From the NCBI GenBank assembly GCA_039586795.1, contig JBDHJS010000027.1, positions 1 through 64,000 of the forward strand: a stretch of DNA of 64,000 nucleotides, in the 5' to 3' direction. Positions 24,477-34,235 of this stretch are shown one piece after another. The translations under genes and the position numbers were made by a program. A model generated the notes under the pieces. The model ran no database searches. It saw only the letters and a list, made by a program, of their open reading frames with translations, and had not been told where the DNA came from. How positions within the stretch are numbered: the first letter of the stretch is position 1; each line of letters starts with the position of its first letter. Origin of the DNA: Gemmatimonadota bacterium (GTDB lineage: Bacteria; Gemmatimonadota; Gemmatimonadetes; Palauibacterales; KS3-K002).

Positions 24477-25385
24477 CTAGAACGCGTTCAGCAGCCAGAG
24501 CAGAGTCGCTACGAACCCGGCGGCAAGCACGACGGTCGTAGTGATCTTGCGAATCGAGAGCGGCGCCGTGCCATAGATCTCTCCCGTCTGGCCGTTCATC
24601 AAGACGCGCGCCGGGGGCTTCTCTTTGGCGTACCGCATCGAAAACACCCACACCGGCAAGAGTACCAGGTCGATCACTTCATCTACCAAGTGCGTCGAAT
24701 ACCTCAGTGAGTGGTGGCTGTCGCCGGGCATGAAGCCCGCTAGGTCGTCCCCGACCCGGGCGATCGCCTCGCCGCGAGCCGTGCGTAGACACGCCTCCGA
24801 ATCCAGCGAGGGTTCTTCAGCCAACCAGCCCGACAAGATAGCAGCTTCGTATCGTCGCAGGGCCCGCAGGTCGAACGGCTCGACCTCCGCCAGCTCGTGG
24901 TTGGGAATGCCCCTGGACGCTGTGACCACCGCGTCGTGGATGTAGCGTGATTGTCGTCCCCGGAGGCTTCGATACTCGGTCTTGCGCACGGTCCGCGTCT
25001 GGCGGTTCCCCTCCGAGTCGGTGTACGTCTCGGTCTCGGTGTAGTCTTCACCGATCTCCGCCTCGTACACCGTTTCGGCGACAGCGCCGTATAGGTAGGT
25101 GGGCAGGTAGACGCCGCGCGTCTTTTCCAGCGTCGCCTTCTTGAAATCGGAACGGACGAACGGACCGCGACCGCGGATCCAATTCTGCACGGCGGTAGTC
25201 GCTTGCTCGCGGCCGATGACGAAGCCGAGAGCGAAGGTAGGATCCGGTCGCTCCGCCGATGCCGGGCGCTCGACGACCATGGGCGAGGCGCAGAACGCAC
25301 ACTCCGCGGTGCGAAGGTGCTCGTCTAGAGTGAGCGTCGCGCCACAGCTTTCGCAGGCGATATCTATGACTTTCGGACTGGCCAT
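24477..25385 (-). CDS. Zinc-ribbon membrane protein (YdjG-like), paralog
   Basis: CESC/CAFC, GVYLP, VEPFDL and LLPVW...NGQTGEIYG motifs; C-terminal TM. Confidence 0.82.
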   Translation of the reverse strand: MASPKVIDIACESCGATLTLDEHLRTAECAFCASPMVVERPASAERPDPTFALGFVIGREQATTAVQNWIRGRGPFVRSDFKKATLEKTRGVYLPTYLYGAVAETVYEAEIGEDYTETETYTDSEGNRQTRTVRKTEYRSLRGRQSRYIHDAVVTASRGIPNHELAEVEPFDLRALRRYEAAILSGWLAEEPSLDSEACLRTARGEAIARVGDDLAGFMPGDSHHSLRYSTHLVDEVIDLVLLPVWVFSMRYAKEKPPARVLMNGQTGEIYGTAPLSIRKITTTVVLAAGFVATLLWLLNAF

Positions 25386-25405
25386 TCTGAGACCTGGACG
25401 CTAAC

Positions 25406-27061
25406 TCAGTAACGCCACCACGGCGCCGTCAGGGCCGACGGCATATGTCGCAACGCGTGCGAGGCGATCTCCTTCAGCCGCTCCGAAGTGCTCACCGGAC
25501 CGATCCAACAGTGACCCTTGCCGTCGCCGTACATGAAGTAGCCTGGGTAGTGGGGATCTTCCGTCGTCTGCATCCAGGCGTCCATCTGCCGTACGGCGAC
25601 GTCCAAATAGAAGTTGTCCATCGTCCCGGTATAGATGTGCAGCTTGTCTACCAGCTTCGGGCCCAGCGTCGACCAGTTGCGCTTCATGTGCTCCAGCAGG
25701 TCGTAGTTGTCGCGCCAGTACTCCGCCACCTCGGGATCGATGACGCCGGTCCGCTTGTCGAACAGCGGCTTGAAGTAGCCGTCATCGCCCAGCGGCCCGT
25801 AGACGGCCGACCAGATGTCCAGCTGTTCGCCGGACCGGCCCTTCGTTCCGTTCACCAGCTCCCAGCGATTCCGCTGCTCTGATGTGAGGCGGATGATCCC
25901 GTCCGTCTCGCGAGTGTTCGGCGTGGGCACGCGGCGCCATTCGTGCTGCTTGTAGAACGCGTTCTCGTCCTCGTAGATGTTGATGCCTTCGACGTTGGTG
26001 AAGGTGACGGGGTCCGGGCAGTAGGCCCAGGTACCGCCGAAGAAGTCGGGATGAAAGACCTGGAGGGCGAGCGCTTCCCAGCCGCCGGTGGAGCCGCCGT
26101 CCAGGAACCGCGCCCACGGTTCGTTGATGATGCGGAAGCGCCGCTCCACTTCCGGGATCAATTCCTCGATGATCGCGTCGCCGTACGGACCCACGTTCAC
26201 CGAGTTTACGACGTAGGAATCGTCGAAGTACGGGTTCGGGTGCTGGAAGGTGACGACGATCATGCGCGGGAAGTCGTCCTGCATCCATGCGTCGTACAAA
26301 TCCGTTCCTTCGCGGAAGCCGAGGGGCGGCCGCAGCGAGAAATGGCCCTGTCTATATAAGACGGGATACTCCATCGTCTCGCGGTCGTAGTCTCGTGGCA
26401 ACAGCACCGTGGCGCCCAGATAGATGGGCCGGCCCCAGAACTCGGTGAGCATCGGGCTCTGGAAACGGAAGCGCTTCACGAACTCCGTGTCCTCCGGGAT
26501 ATCCACCGGCGGAATGACATTGTTCGCCTCCAGCAGGATCGTGTAGCCCGCCTCCGGATCGAGCCGCACGCGCTGTACATCGCTGTAGAAGTTGCCCGGC
26601 GACCGCTGCCACTGCTGGCCCTCCCAATGATCCTCGGGCATCCAGACGACATGACCGTCGGCTCGTTCGTACCTCTCGTAGATGTTCACGAATCCCTGCA
26701 CGAAGTATTCGCCGGCCGGGATCTCGCTCAGGCTCACCACCGGCGAACCCAGGTCGCTGGCGTCGATCACGGCCGCTTCTCCTGGCGCCAGCGACTCCAC
26801 GTCTCGGCCGAATAGCGGTGCCCCGGTTCGGCCGACCTGATAGCGGGGTTCGGGCTGGCCCCGTCGGGAGATCATGACGTAGACCCGACCGGTGACGGGC
26901 TCGGAGCGCACCGACGTCGGAAATGAGATCTCGAAGCGCGTCGAGGACGTAGCGTCGTTCGCAGCGCTCTGCGCGAGCAGGTTCGAGCCTGTGATGAGGG
27001 CGAGGCCGATGAGAGTCACCGACACGGCCTTCGAGGAGCGAGGCGGAACGGAACAGAGCAT
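25406..27061 (-). CDS. Secreted esterase-family alpha/beta hydrolase
   Basis: DGGSTGGW nucleophile motif, NSVNVGPYGD and GTMDNFYL motifs; signal peptide. Confidence 0.82.
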   Translation of the reverse strand: MLCSVPPRSSKAVSVTLIGLALITGSNLLAQSAANDATSSTRFEISFPTSVRSEPVTGRVYVMISRRGQPEPRYQVGRTGAPLFGRDVESLAPGEAAVIDASDLGSPVVSLSEIPAGEYFVQGFVNIYERYERADGHVVWMPEDHWEGQQWQRSPGNFYSDVQRVRLDPEAGYTILLEANNVIPPVDIPEDTEFVKRFRFQSPMLTEFWGRPIYLGATVLLPRDYDRETMEYPVLYRQGHFSLRPPLGFREGTDLYDAWMQDDFPRMIVVTFQHPNPYFDDSYVVNSVNVGPYGDAIIEELIPEVERRFRIINEPWARFLDGGSTGGWEALALQVFHPDFFGGTWAYCPDPVTFTNVEGINIYEDENAFYKQHEWRRVPTPNTRETDGIIRLTSEQRNRWELVNGTKGRSGEQLDIWSAVYGPLGDDGYFKPLFDKRTGVIDPEVAEYWRDNYDLLEHMKRNWSTLGPKLVDKLHIYTGTMDNFYLDVAVRQMDAWMQTTEDPHYPGYFMYGDGKGHCWIGPVSTSERLKEIASHALRHMPSALTAPWWRY

Positions 27062-27198
27062 GGATTCTCCTTTAGTGGACGGTCAAGATGAGGAGGAGCT
27101 ATCTTGTTATCAAGCGAGACGAATGAATCGCCCAAGGGACAGGGTACGTAGTGTATCGTGGCACTCCCAGCGAAAGCCGATCGGTAGAGGAGGCCGCC

Positions 27199-28341
27199 AT
27201 GACCCCCGGAATACACCCGGATTTCATACACAAAGGCGTCAATCGACGTGATTTCTTGCGTACCTCGGCCATGGCCGCGGGAGGGGTGGCGGTAGGCGCC
27301 TGCCTCAACGGGGCGACGGCACCGCCGGATCCGACGGCCCAGGTCGCTGCCGTTCGCGGTACGAACCTCTATGACATGACCCGCGACGCTCTGGACGCGA
27401 TCGGCGGCATGGGCAGCGTCGTCCACGAAGGCGAGTCGGTGTTCATCAAGCCCAACATGGTGGGGCTCCCGTGGGCGCAGTACAACGACACTTTCGCGAA
27501 CGGCGAGTGCACGAAGCCGGAGATCGTCATCGCGGCCGCGGAGGAGTGCATGAGGGCGGGTGCCGCTGAAGTGGTGATTGGCGATGGCTCGCACATGCCC
27601 GTGCTGAACTGGGAGCACGCGACGACGCTGGACGGAACCACGAACCTGGCTCGAGAGGCCGAGCGCCTCAGCTCGGAGTACCCGGGCACGGTCCGGGTCG
27701 CTTCACTCGAGACCGATTCACCGGCTTGGATCGAGCTTCCTTCACGTACCTACTTGGGTACGATCGCGGTGTCGAGTCTGGTCGCCCGGGCCGATCGGGT
27801 GATCACGATTCCCGTAGCCAAGACCCACTCCTGGGCCCAGCTGACTCTGGCGACCAAGAACTTCATCGGCGTCACGCCCCTCGAGCGCTATGCGGTGTGG
27901 GTGGAGCCGGGGGGCTATTGGGATCGCGGTGGGACGTTCGATCACAGCACGCCGACAGCGATCGCCGCCATCTATCTGGACATCGTCGACGGTGTGAAGC
28001 CGGACCTGGCGATCGTCGATTTCTCCATCGGCATCGAGGCGGATGGTCCGGGCCTTGGCCACGGCGGCCGAACGGTGGATCTTCGTGACCGGCTCGGCTC
28101 CTGGTTGATCCTCGCCAGCACCGACGCGATGGCGGCGGATGCTACGGCGGCCCGCGTCATGAGCCACGATGTGAACAGGATGGTCCAGCTTGGCATGGGC
28201 TACAACCTGGGCTTGGGCGAGATCCGCGAGGAGAGAATCGAGGTCGTCGGGGCGCGGCTGGATGAGCTACAGGTCGAGTGGACCCCGGCCACTCTCAAGC
28301 CACGGGGGATGTGCCCCTACTCAGCGGCGAAGTTTGCATAG
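27199..28341 (+). CDS. DUF362-family protein with twin-arginine (Tat) signal
   Basis: NRRDFLR Tat motif; VFIKPN, TKPE, KTH and ATKNFIG motifs; GAGGAGG RBS. Confidence 0.85.
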   Translation: MTPGIHPDFIHKGVNRRDFLRTSAMAAGGVAVGACLNGATAPPDPTAQVAAVRGTNLYDMTRDALDAIGGMGSVVHEGESVFIKPNMVGLPWAQYNDTFANGECTKPEIVIAAAEECMRAGAAEVVIGDGSHMPVLNWEHATTLDGTTNLAREAERLSSEYPGTVRVASLETDSPAWIELPSRTYLGTIAVSSLVARADRVITIPVAKTHSWAQLTLATKNFIGVTPLERYAVWVEPGGYWDRGGTFDHSTPTAIAAIYLDIVDGVKPDLAIVDFSIGIEADGPGLGHGGRTVDLRDRLGSWLILASTDAMAADATAARVMSHDVNRMVQLGMGYNLGLGEIREERIEVVGARLDELQVEWTPATLKPRGMCPYSAAKFA

Positions 28342-28346
28342 GAGAG

Positions 28347-30305
28347 CTATTCCTCTTTATCACCGCGGAGCAATCGGTCGACGTCGCCCCGCGCCTGCAG
28401 CAGCTCGTCGACCTCGCCGGCGACCTCACGTGCGGCCATGAGGTCGCCGGTCATGCTTTCGACGCTGCCGGATCCCGCTTGCATGCGGAGTAAGCCAAGC
28501 CTGATCGTCTCGAGGGCGGCTACCGCATCGGCCAGACGCCCCTGCGTCGCATCCCGAGTGGCGAGCAGATCGTCTTCCAGCTTGCGTTGCTGCTCGGTAA
28601 TGCCCGCACCCACATCAGGGCGCGGCGATTCGTCAAGCGATCGACTCCCTGGCCGATCGATACGAACGCGAGCCAGCACGCCGTTCAGGTTCTCGACCTG
28701 CGTTCGCATCTTCTGCGCGTCGGCTTCCAGCTTGCGTACGACCTCAGGCAGGTCCGTCAGTTGACGCCGCATTGGTTTGGGCAGCTCCTCGAACAGGCGG
28801 TCGGCCTCCATACCGATGGCCATTTCGGTGGGTCGATAGGTGGCCGATCCAACGCTCGTCTTTCGTTTCAGGCCGAGCCCCGCCAGCTTGAAGGTCCACC
28901 TGCCAAGGCGCGACCTCCAGAACCAACCCCGGATCTCGTTCGATATGTCGCGGCGTAGTTGCAGCCGATAAGTAGCGAGTATGCCGGCGCCGATCCCCAC
29001 GGTCATCGAAATCACGACCGTCTGCCCCAGATTCCCGATCCGAAAGCCGTCGAGAAACCAGATCGCGCCTATCCCAAGTGCGGCGGTCCCGAGCCCGACT
29101 GCTGAGATGAGACGAACCACGCGCTCGTAGAGCGAAGGCTTGGTCCCGAACTCGAAGGCGCCCTCTTCACGGGCGCGTTCGTGTTCCACTTTTAGTGCGG
29201 CAATCACGTCGTCCGTGTCGTAGCCGGACTTGATCAGCCGGCGCGCCTTGCGCGTGACAATCCCGGCGGGCACGACGGTTATGCCGAGCCCGAAAGTCCC
29301 GAAACCGACCAGCGCGCCGAAATTACCGCCGAAGATTGCCCCTAGTGTCATCGAGATCGCCGCGAGGGTCCAACCCAGGATGACTACGCCGCCCACTCCG
29401 ATGCGCTTATCCCGCTTCACGAAGATTCGTAGCGGCACGGGTAGCTCTCGGCGTTCGCCCAGTGATTGGCCGAACGCGTCCGCCAGTTCGTGTTCGTTCG
29501 TGAACCGCGACGCCGGGTTCTTTGCCAGGCAACTATCAATGGTGCGCGCTAGCCGGCCGGGCACGTTCGGCGCGACGGAGGCCACCGGGGGCGCCGGCTT
29601 GTTGATGTGCTTGCCGAGAATCGCCGCTGGCGTCGACCCTTCGAACGGCAAGTTCCCGCTCAGCGCGTAGTAGCCCACGACGCCCAGCGAGTAGATGTCG
29701 CAGGCCGGACCCACCGGCTTGCCCATCGCCTGTTCCGGGCTCATGAACTCGGCGGTGCCCGAGACTTGTGCCATGCTTCCGGTTTCGGCGCTCTCCGCGA
29801 CGCTGGCGATGCCGAAGTCGGCGACCAGGGCCCGGCCCGTGCCGGACTCGATGAGAATGTTGTCGGGCTTCACGTCCCGATGAACGACGCCGTGGTCGTG
29901 GGCGTAGGCGAGGGCCCAGGCGACCTCGCGGAGCGTGCGCGCCACCTCCGTCGGCGGCCGCGGCCCGCGGCTGCGGATCCGTTCGCCCAGCGATTCGCCG
30001 TCGATGTACGCCATGGCGAACATCACAAAGTCGTCGACTTCATCGACAGAGAAGATTGGAACGATGTTTGGGTGGGAGAGCTTGGCCGCCGTTCGCGCTT
30101 CCCGTAGGAACCGCTCCCGAGCCGCCGGCTGGGCCGCCAGCTCCGGGGGGAGCAGCTTGAGCGCCACCGGGCGGTCCAGGCTGACCTCCCGGGCCAGGTA
30201 GACGATCCCCATACCCCCGCGCCCCAGCTCACTTTCCAGGGAGTAGCGGCCGGCAAGTGCTTGCTGGAGTTGGATGTACTGGGTGCTGGGCTGATCGTTA
30301 ATCAC
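28347..30305 (-). CDS. Ser/Thr protein kinase with membrane segments and C-terminal coiled coil
   Basis: GRGGMG, VALK, HRDVKPDN, DFG and GTAEFMSPEQ motifs; 4 TM-like segments. Confidence 0.92.
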   Translation of the reverse strand: MINDQPSTQYIQLQQALAGRYSLESELGRGGMGIVYLAREVSLDRPVALKLLPPELAAQPAARERFLREARTAAKLSHPNIVPIFSVDEVDDFVMFAMAYIDGESLGERIRSRGPRPPTEVARTLREVAWALAYAHDHGVVHRDVKPDNILIESGTGRALVADFGIASVAESAETGSMAQVSGTAEFMSPEQAMGKPVGPACDIYSLGVVGYYALSGNLPFEGSTPAAILGKHINKPAPPVASVAPNVPGRLARTIDSCLAKNPASRFTNEHELADAFGQSLGERRELPVPLRIFVKRDKRIGVGGVVILGWTLAAISMTLGAIFGGNFGALVGFGTFGLGITVVPAGIVTRKARRLIKSGYDTDDVIAALKVEHERAREEGAFEFGTKPSLYERVVRLISAVGLGTAALGIGAIWFLDGFRIGNLGQTVVISMTVGIGAGILATYRLQLRRDISNEIRGWFWRSRLGRWTFKLAGLGLKRKTSVGSATYRPTEMAIGMEADRLFEELPKPMRRQLTDLPEVVRKLEADAQKMRTQVENLNGVLARVRIDRPGSRSLDESPRPDVGAGITEQQRKLEDDLLATRDATQGRLADAVAALETIRLGLLRMQAGSGSVESMTGDLMAAREVAGEVDELLQARGDVDRLLRGDKEE

Positions 30306-30353
30306 GCTGAGATGATCGTGAGGTTTGACCGCTCTGGCAAGCCGAAAAGAGCG

Positions 30354-30382
30354 TTGACAGGATAATCGATATTTCGTATATG
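30354..30382 (+). promoter_or_regulatory. sigma70-like promoter TTGACA-N17-TATATG
   Basis: Consensus -35 and 17-nt spacer, 32 nt upstream of ATG 30415. Confidence 0.55.
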
Positions 30383-30414
30383 GAGAGCGGACCCCGACTG
30401 CTCAATTGCTGTAA

Positions 30415-31128
30415 ATGACTCGGGAAGTGGCAGGGTTGAGAACAAAACCAGTGATTCGGGCCGTTGGGGTGGCCTTCATCTCCCTGGCCCTTCTTGTATT
30501 CGTCGCAGATCGAGGCTTCTCCCAAAACCCCATGATCGGGCCGAAGGCGGGCCTCAATGTGACGTGGCTCGTCGGTGATGACGTGGAGAGTTTTTGGGAC
30601 CTCGGTGAAAAGCGCACCGGCGTCGCAATCGGCGCGTTCATCATCTACAAGTTCAACGGCTACTTTGCCCTGCAGCCCGAGGCGTATTACTCGCAATGGG
30701 GTTCTAAGGGTGGGGATGAGACGGCCGGGCAAAGCCTGCGCATTCATTACGTCGAAGCGCCGATCCTTGCCAAGTTCTTCTTCCGCAATCGATCCTATCT
30801 AACGCCGTACGTCGTATTTGGTCCGGCGCCATTCTTCCGCGTGGGCTGTAACGTGGAGCGCCACGAAGGCGCTTCGACTCAGGAAGGCGGGTGCGACGAC
30901 TGGGTCGCCGAGACGCCGCTCGGCAACGCCCCCATCGAGCTCAAGAACCTGACAATCAACGTCGTGGTGGGCGTGGGTTTCGACCTCGAGGTTTGGGGCG
31001 GCGCCTTCGGTCTGGACGCGCGCTACAGCGTGGGCCTTACGACCATCGACAATTCCGATTTCGGAACGGATATGAAGAACCGCGGAGTGCAGTTCCTACT
31101 GGGCTACGCGTTCGCGTGGGAGATCTAG
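30415..31128 (+). CDS. Outer-membrane beta-barrel (porin/PorT-like) protein
   Basis: Signal peptide; GPKAGLN, LQPEAYYSQWG, YVEAPIL and DARYSVGLT motifs; C-terminal GYAF strand. Confidence 0.85.
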   Translation: MTREVAGLRTKPVIRAVGVAFISLALLVFVADRGFSQNPMIGPKAGLNVTWLVGDDVESFWDLGEKRTGVAIGAFIIYKFNGYFALQPEAYYSQWGSKGGDETAGQSLRIHYVEAPILAKFFFRNRSYLTPYVVFGPAPFFRVGCNVERHEGASTQEGGCDDWVAETPLGNAPIELKNLTINVVVGVGFDLEVWGGAFGLDARYSVGLTTIDNSDFGTDMKNRGVQFLLGYAFAWEI

Positions 31129-31151
31129 CCGGACTGACCCCGCGCCCTCGA

Positions 31152-31847
31152 CTACAAATCCCGCACCTCGTAGAACCACCTCGAGAGGGTCAGCGAGCCG
31201 AACATCGCCGCGGCCGACGCAGCCACGAACGTGCTCAACAGCAGGGCGAAACGCGGCTCCAGCCATTCCCCTGTCTGAGCCATCAGCGTTCGAAGCGTTT
31301 CCGGATTCGAGGTCGGGTTCGGATACCCCTTCGCCGTCAGGATCGTCTGGACGGTAAGTGACACAGCGATCACGAGTGCTAACGCGATCCCCGAGAAGTA
31401 GAGCAGTCCGCGCCCCGCTCCGTACCTTAAGTACAGCGGTAGGTAGATCGCTGCGGCAAAGAGCAACAGCCCGAAGAGCACGAGATGCGACTCGAGGCTG
31501 AGCAACGCGGCCGGGCCATCGGCGACGCTGGAAGCCGTCCGCGTCACCAGCTGGGCAAGCACCCAACTGAACGATAGCCCGACCGCGATCCCGATCAGCG
31601 CTGTCAGGTAGCGCGCGGCCACGAACTCGCCCCGCGACACCGGCACGCTGTTCCACAATAGCTCGGTCTGTTCGTATTCCTCGATCCAGGTGGAACCGAT
31701 CGCCAGCAGGGCGGAGAAGATCAACACCGCAGCAACGTAGCTGAGTGGCCTGAACGACATGACCCCGATCTGCACCGTACCCAGTAGGAAGACCAGCCAC
31801 AGCCACCGGCGCGCGGCGACGAAGTCCTTCCACACGAGGTCAAGCAT
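31152..31847 (-). CDS. ABC-2 transporter permease
   Basis: MLDLVWKDF start overlapping the ATPase stop; SVPVSRGEFVAARY motif; C-terminal YEVRDL. Confidence 0.85.
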   Translation of the reverse strand: MLDLVWKDFVAARRWLWLVFLLGTVQIGVMSFRPLSYVAAVLIFSALLAIGSTWIEEYEQTELLWNSVPVSRGEFVAARYLTALIGIAVGLSFSWVLAQLVTRTASSVADGPAALLSLESHLVLFGLLLFAAAIYLPLYLRYGAGRGLLYFSGIALALVIAVSLTVQTILTAKGYPNPTSNPETLRTLMAQTGEWLEPRFALLLSTFVAASAAAMFGSLTLSRWFYEVRDL

Positions 31848-32655
31848 CAGATTCTCCCCCCGTGGTGTAGAGGACGACATCGTCCAGCGTTGCCTTGTCG
31901 ATGACGACGGTGTCACCGAGCTGGCGGCGCACTGCGGAAACGTCGTCGGTGAGCGCCTCGAATCCGTGGGCACCGCGATGAACGCCGCGGAAGAACTCAG
32001 GCGGCAGCGCATCCAGTTGATCGAGTCCTCCCTTGACCAACCCCCAGCGGTCCAGGATCTCGTCCTTCGATTCACAGAAGACGATACGGCCGTTCTGGAT
32101 CAGCGTGATGTAGTCGGCGATCCGTTCTAGGTCCGATGTGATGTGCGTAGAAAAGAGGATCGACGCGCGTTCGTCCTGCAACAATTCCGTCAGTGTATCC
32201 AATAGATCCCGGCGAAAGACCGGATCGAGCCCCGAAGTCGGTTCGTCCAGCACGACCAGCTCGGCGTTGTGCGAGAGTGGCAGCCCGAAGGCATCGGCAT
32301 GTCGCGAAAAGGCATCCGAATCCCACGTGGGGTAGAACCGCGCCACCAACGCCGCGTTCTGCTCCAGGCTCAGCGAGCGGTAGAAGCGGGGCTCGTCATG
32401 AACGAAGCCGATGCGCGAGCGGACCTTAGCCCCCTGCCGGGCCGGGTCGATACCAAAGGCGTTGATCGTTCCGCCGTCACGACGCAGCAACCCGAGGATC
32501 AACTTCAGCGTCGTGGTCTTGCCGGCGCCGTTCGGCCCGATGAGCCCCATGATGTAGCCACGGGGAAGGGAGAACGATACGTCGGCCAGTAGGAAGCCCG
32601 GGTAGGCCTTACACAGGCCCCGAACCTCGAGGACGGCGTTCGCTTCGGCGCTCAC
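31840..32655 (-). CDS. ABC ATP-binding protein lacking the signature motif (in-frame deletion of about 21 aa)
   Basis: Walker A GPNGAGKT, Walker B VVLDEPT and H-loop STH are present; LSxG signature is absent relative to paralog 33352..34233. Confidence 0.85.
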   Translation of the reverse strand: MSAEANAVLEVRGLCKAYPGFLLADVSFSLPRGYIMGLIGPNGAGKTTTLKLILGLLRRDGGTINAFGIDPARQGAKVRSRIGFVHDEPRFYRSLSLEQNAALVARFYPTWDSDAFSRHADAFGLPLSHNAELVVLDEPTSGLDPVFRRDLLDTLTELLQDERASILFSTHITSDLERIADYITLIQNGRIVFCESKDEILDRWGLVKGGLDQLDALPPEFFRGVHRGAHGFEALTDDVSAVRRQLGDTVVIDKATLDDVVLYTTGGESDA

Positions 32656-33362
32656 AGTTCTTTCCGCCGGAAGATGGCCAGGGCGAACCGGTAGCTGAGG
32701 GCGTTCACCAGGGCCAGGGCTGCCAGGACTACGACCAGGAAGACGAGGTAGGGTAGGTAATCGTGCAGCGCCGTGACACCCGCTATGATGACCCTGAAGG
32801 GCGCGGCGACTCCCCCCTCCACCGCGTCCCTCGTACCGGTCGCCTTCGCAAAGACGAACAGGGCCGCGGCCAATACCTGGAAAAAGACCAGCATCAGCAT
32901 CACGCCCATCATACCGAACTTCAGCGTGAACGGGATGAGCGGCGCGAGAAGGAACGTCGCGATGCCGAGCACCAGCAACAAACCATCAGGGTTCAGGACC
33001 GTGCCCGCCGTGAGCTTGCTGCCGGGCATCAAGGCGGCGAGGGCGATGGACAGCGTGAGCATCAGCGCTAGCAACGCCCAGGCGGTCACGTAGCGTCCCC
33101 TCACAAGATCGGCCCGAGTGACGGGGAGCGTGCACGACCACGCGTACGTTCCCGCCTTGTCGTCCACGTTGATCGGAATCACCGTTAGGAACGTCATGTA
33201 CACGCAGATGAAGACCAACCAGAGAGTCGGGTTGTTGATCTCCCTTACGATCCACCCCTGAAAGGCGGCATAGAACAAGATTGACGGCACCATGACACGC
33301 CAGTGCAAAATCATGTCGCGGCGCAGCAAACTCATATCGCGATGGAGAAGCTCAGTCCTCAT
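32652..33362 (-). CDS. ABC-2 transporter permease
   Basis: TLPVTRADLVRGRY motif, 6 TM, C-terminal FRRKEL; AGGAGG RBS. Confidence 0.85.
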   Translation of the reverse strand: MRTELLHRDMSLLRRDMILHWRVMVPSILFYAAFQGWIVREINNPTLWLVFICVYMTFLTVIPINVDDKAGTYAWSCTLPVTRADLVRGRYVTAWALLALMLTLSIALAALMPGSKLTAGTVLNPDGLLLVLGIATFLLAPLIPFTLKFGMMGVMLMLVFFQVLAAALFVFAKATGTRDAVEGGVAAPFRVIIAGVTALHDYLPYLVFLVVVLAALALVNALSYRFALAIFRRKEL

Positions 33363-34233
33363 GGTTCGAGCCCTCCTTTCCGAACAAGACCATGATGTCT
33401 TCCAACGAGGCGCGCTCGATGACGAATCCGTTTCCGAACCGGCGGCGCGCTTCGTCGATTCGCGAGGTCAACCCTTCGAATCCGTGTCGGCGAACGCGAA
33501 CACCCTGCAGAAATGCGTGGGCTTCGGCATCCAGCATCTCCTGACCGCCCTTCACCACACCCCAGTTTTCCGCCACCTGATCCATCGGGCTCGAGAAGAC
33601 GAGACGGCCGTCCTTCAAGAACGTCACGAAATCTGCGGCTCGCTCCAGGTCGGCCGTGATGTGAGACGAAAAGAGCACCGAGACCCGCTCGTCCTGCAAC
33701 AGCCCGGCCAGCATGTCCAGCAGCCGGCGGCGGAAGACCGGATCCAATCCGGTCGTCGGCTCGTCTAGCAGCACGAGCTCGGCGCCGTGCGAGAGCGCCA
33801 TAGCAAGCGCGAACTTCGTCTTCATGCCGTGGGAGAGCTTCTTGAATCGCTTCTTGAGTGGTAGCTCGAACTCACCAGCCAGGTGGCGAAAACGATCATC
33901 GTCCCAATTCGCGTAGAAGGGAGCGACTGAAGAAGCCAGCTCGCTCAACGAGGCGTCCGGGTGATAGCGAGGCTCATCGGGTACGAAACCAATCCGCGAC
34001 TTGACCTCCGCTTCGTCCTCCAGGTTGTCCAGCCCGAACATGCGTATCGCGCCACCATCACGACGTATCAGGTTCAACATCAACTTGATCAGCGTCGTTT
34101 TACCGGCGCCGTTGGGGCCGATGAGCCCCATGATGTAGCCTCGCGGTAATTGCAGCGAGACGTCATGCAGCGTGAATCCTTCGTAGCGCTTACAGACGCC
34201 CTCAATATCAAGTGCGTTGTTCATTCTATTCAT
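33352..34233 (-). CDS. ABC ATP-binding protein (YtrB/YhcG-like)
   Basis: GPNGAGKT, LSHGM, LLDEPT and SSH motifs. Start 34233 or 34224. Confidence 0.93.
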   Translation of the reverse strand: MNRMNNALDIEGVCKRYEGFTLHDVSLQLPRGYIMGLIGPNGAGKTTLIKLMLNLIRRDGGAIRMFGLDNLEDEAEVKSRIGFVPDEPRYHPDASLSELASSVAPFYANWDDDRFRHLAGEFELPLKKRFKKLSHGMKTKFALAMALSHGAELVLLDEPTTGLDPVFRRRLLDMLAGLLQDERVSVLFSSHITADLERAADFVTFLKDGRLVFSSPMDQVAENWGVVKGGQEMLDAEAHAFLQGVRVRRHGFEGLTSRIDEARRRFGNGFVIERASLEDIMVLFGKEGSNHED

Positions 34234-34235
34234 CT

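Noticed and set aside
24469..24651. Upstream extensions in the ORF track (also 31848-32075, 16951-17064, 34614-34739)
   Set aside because: They overlap neighbouring genes or promoters; family-typical N-termini begin at the later ATGs.
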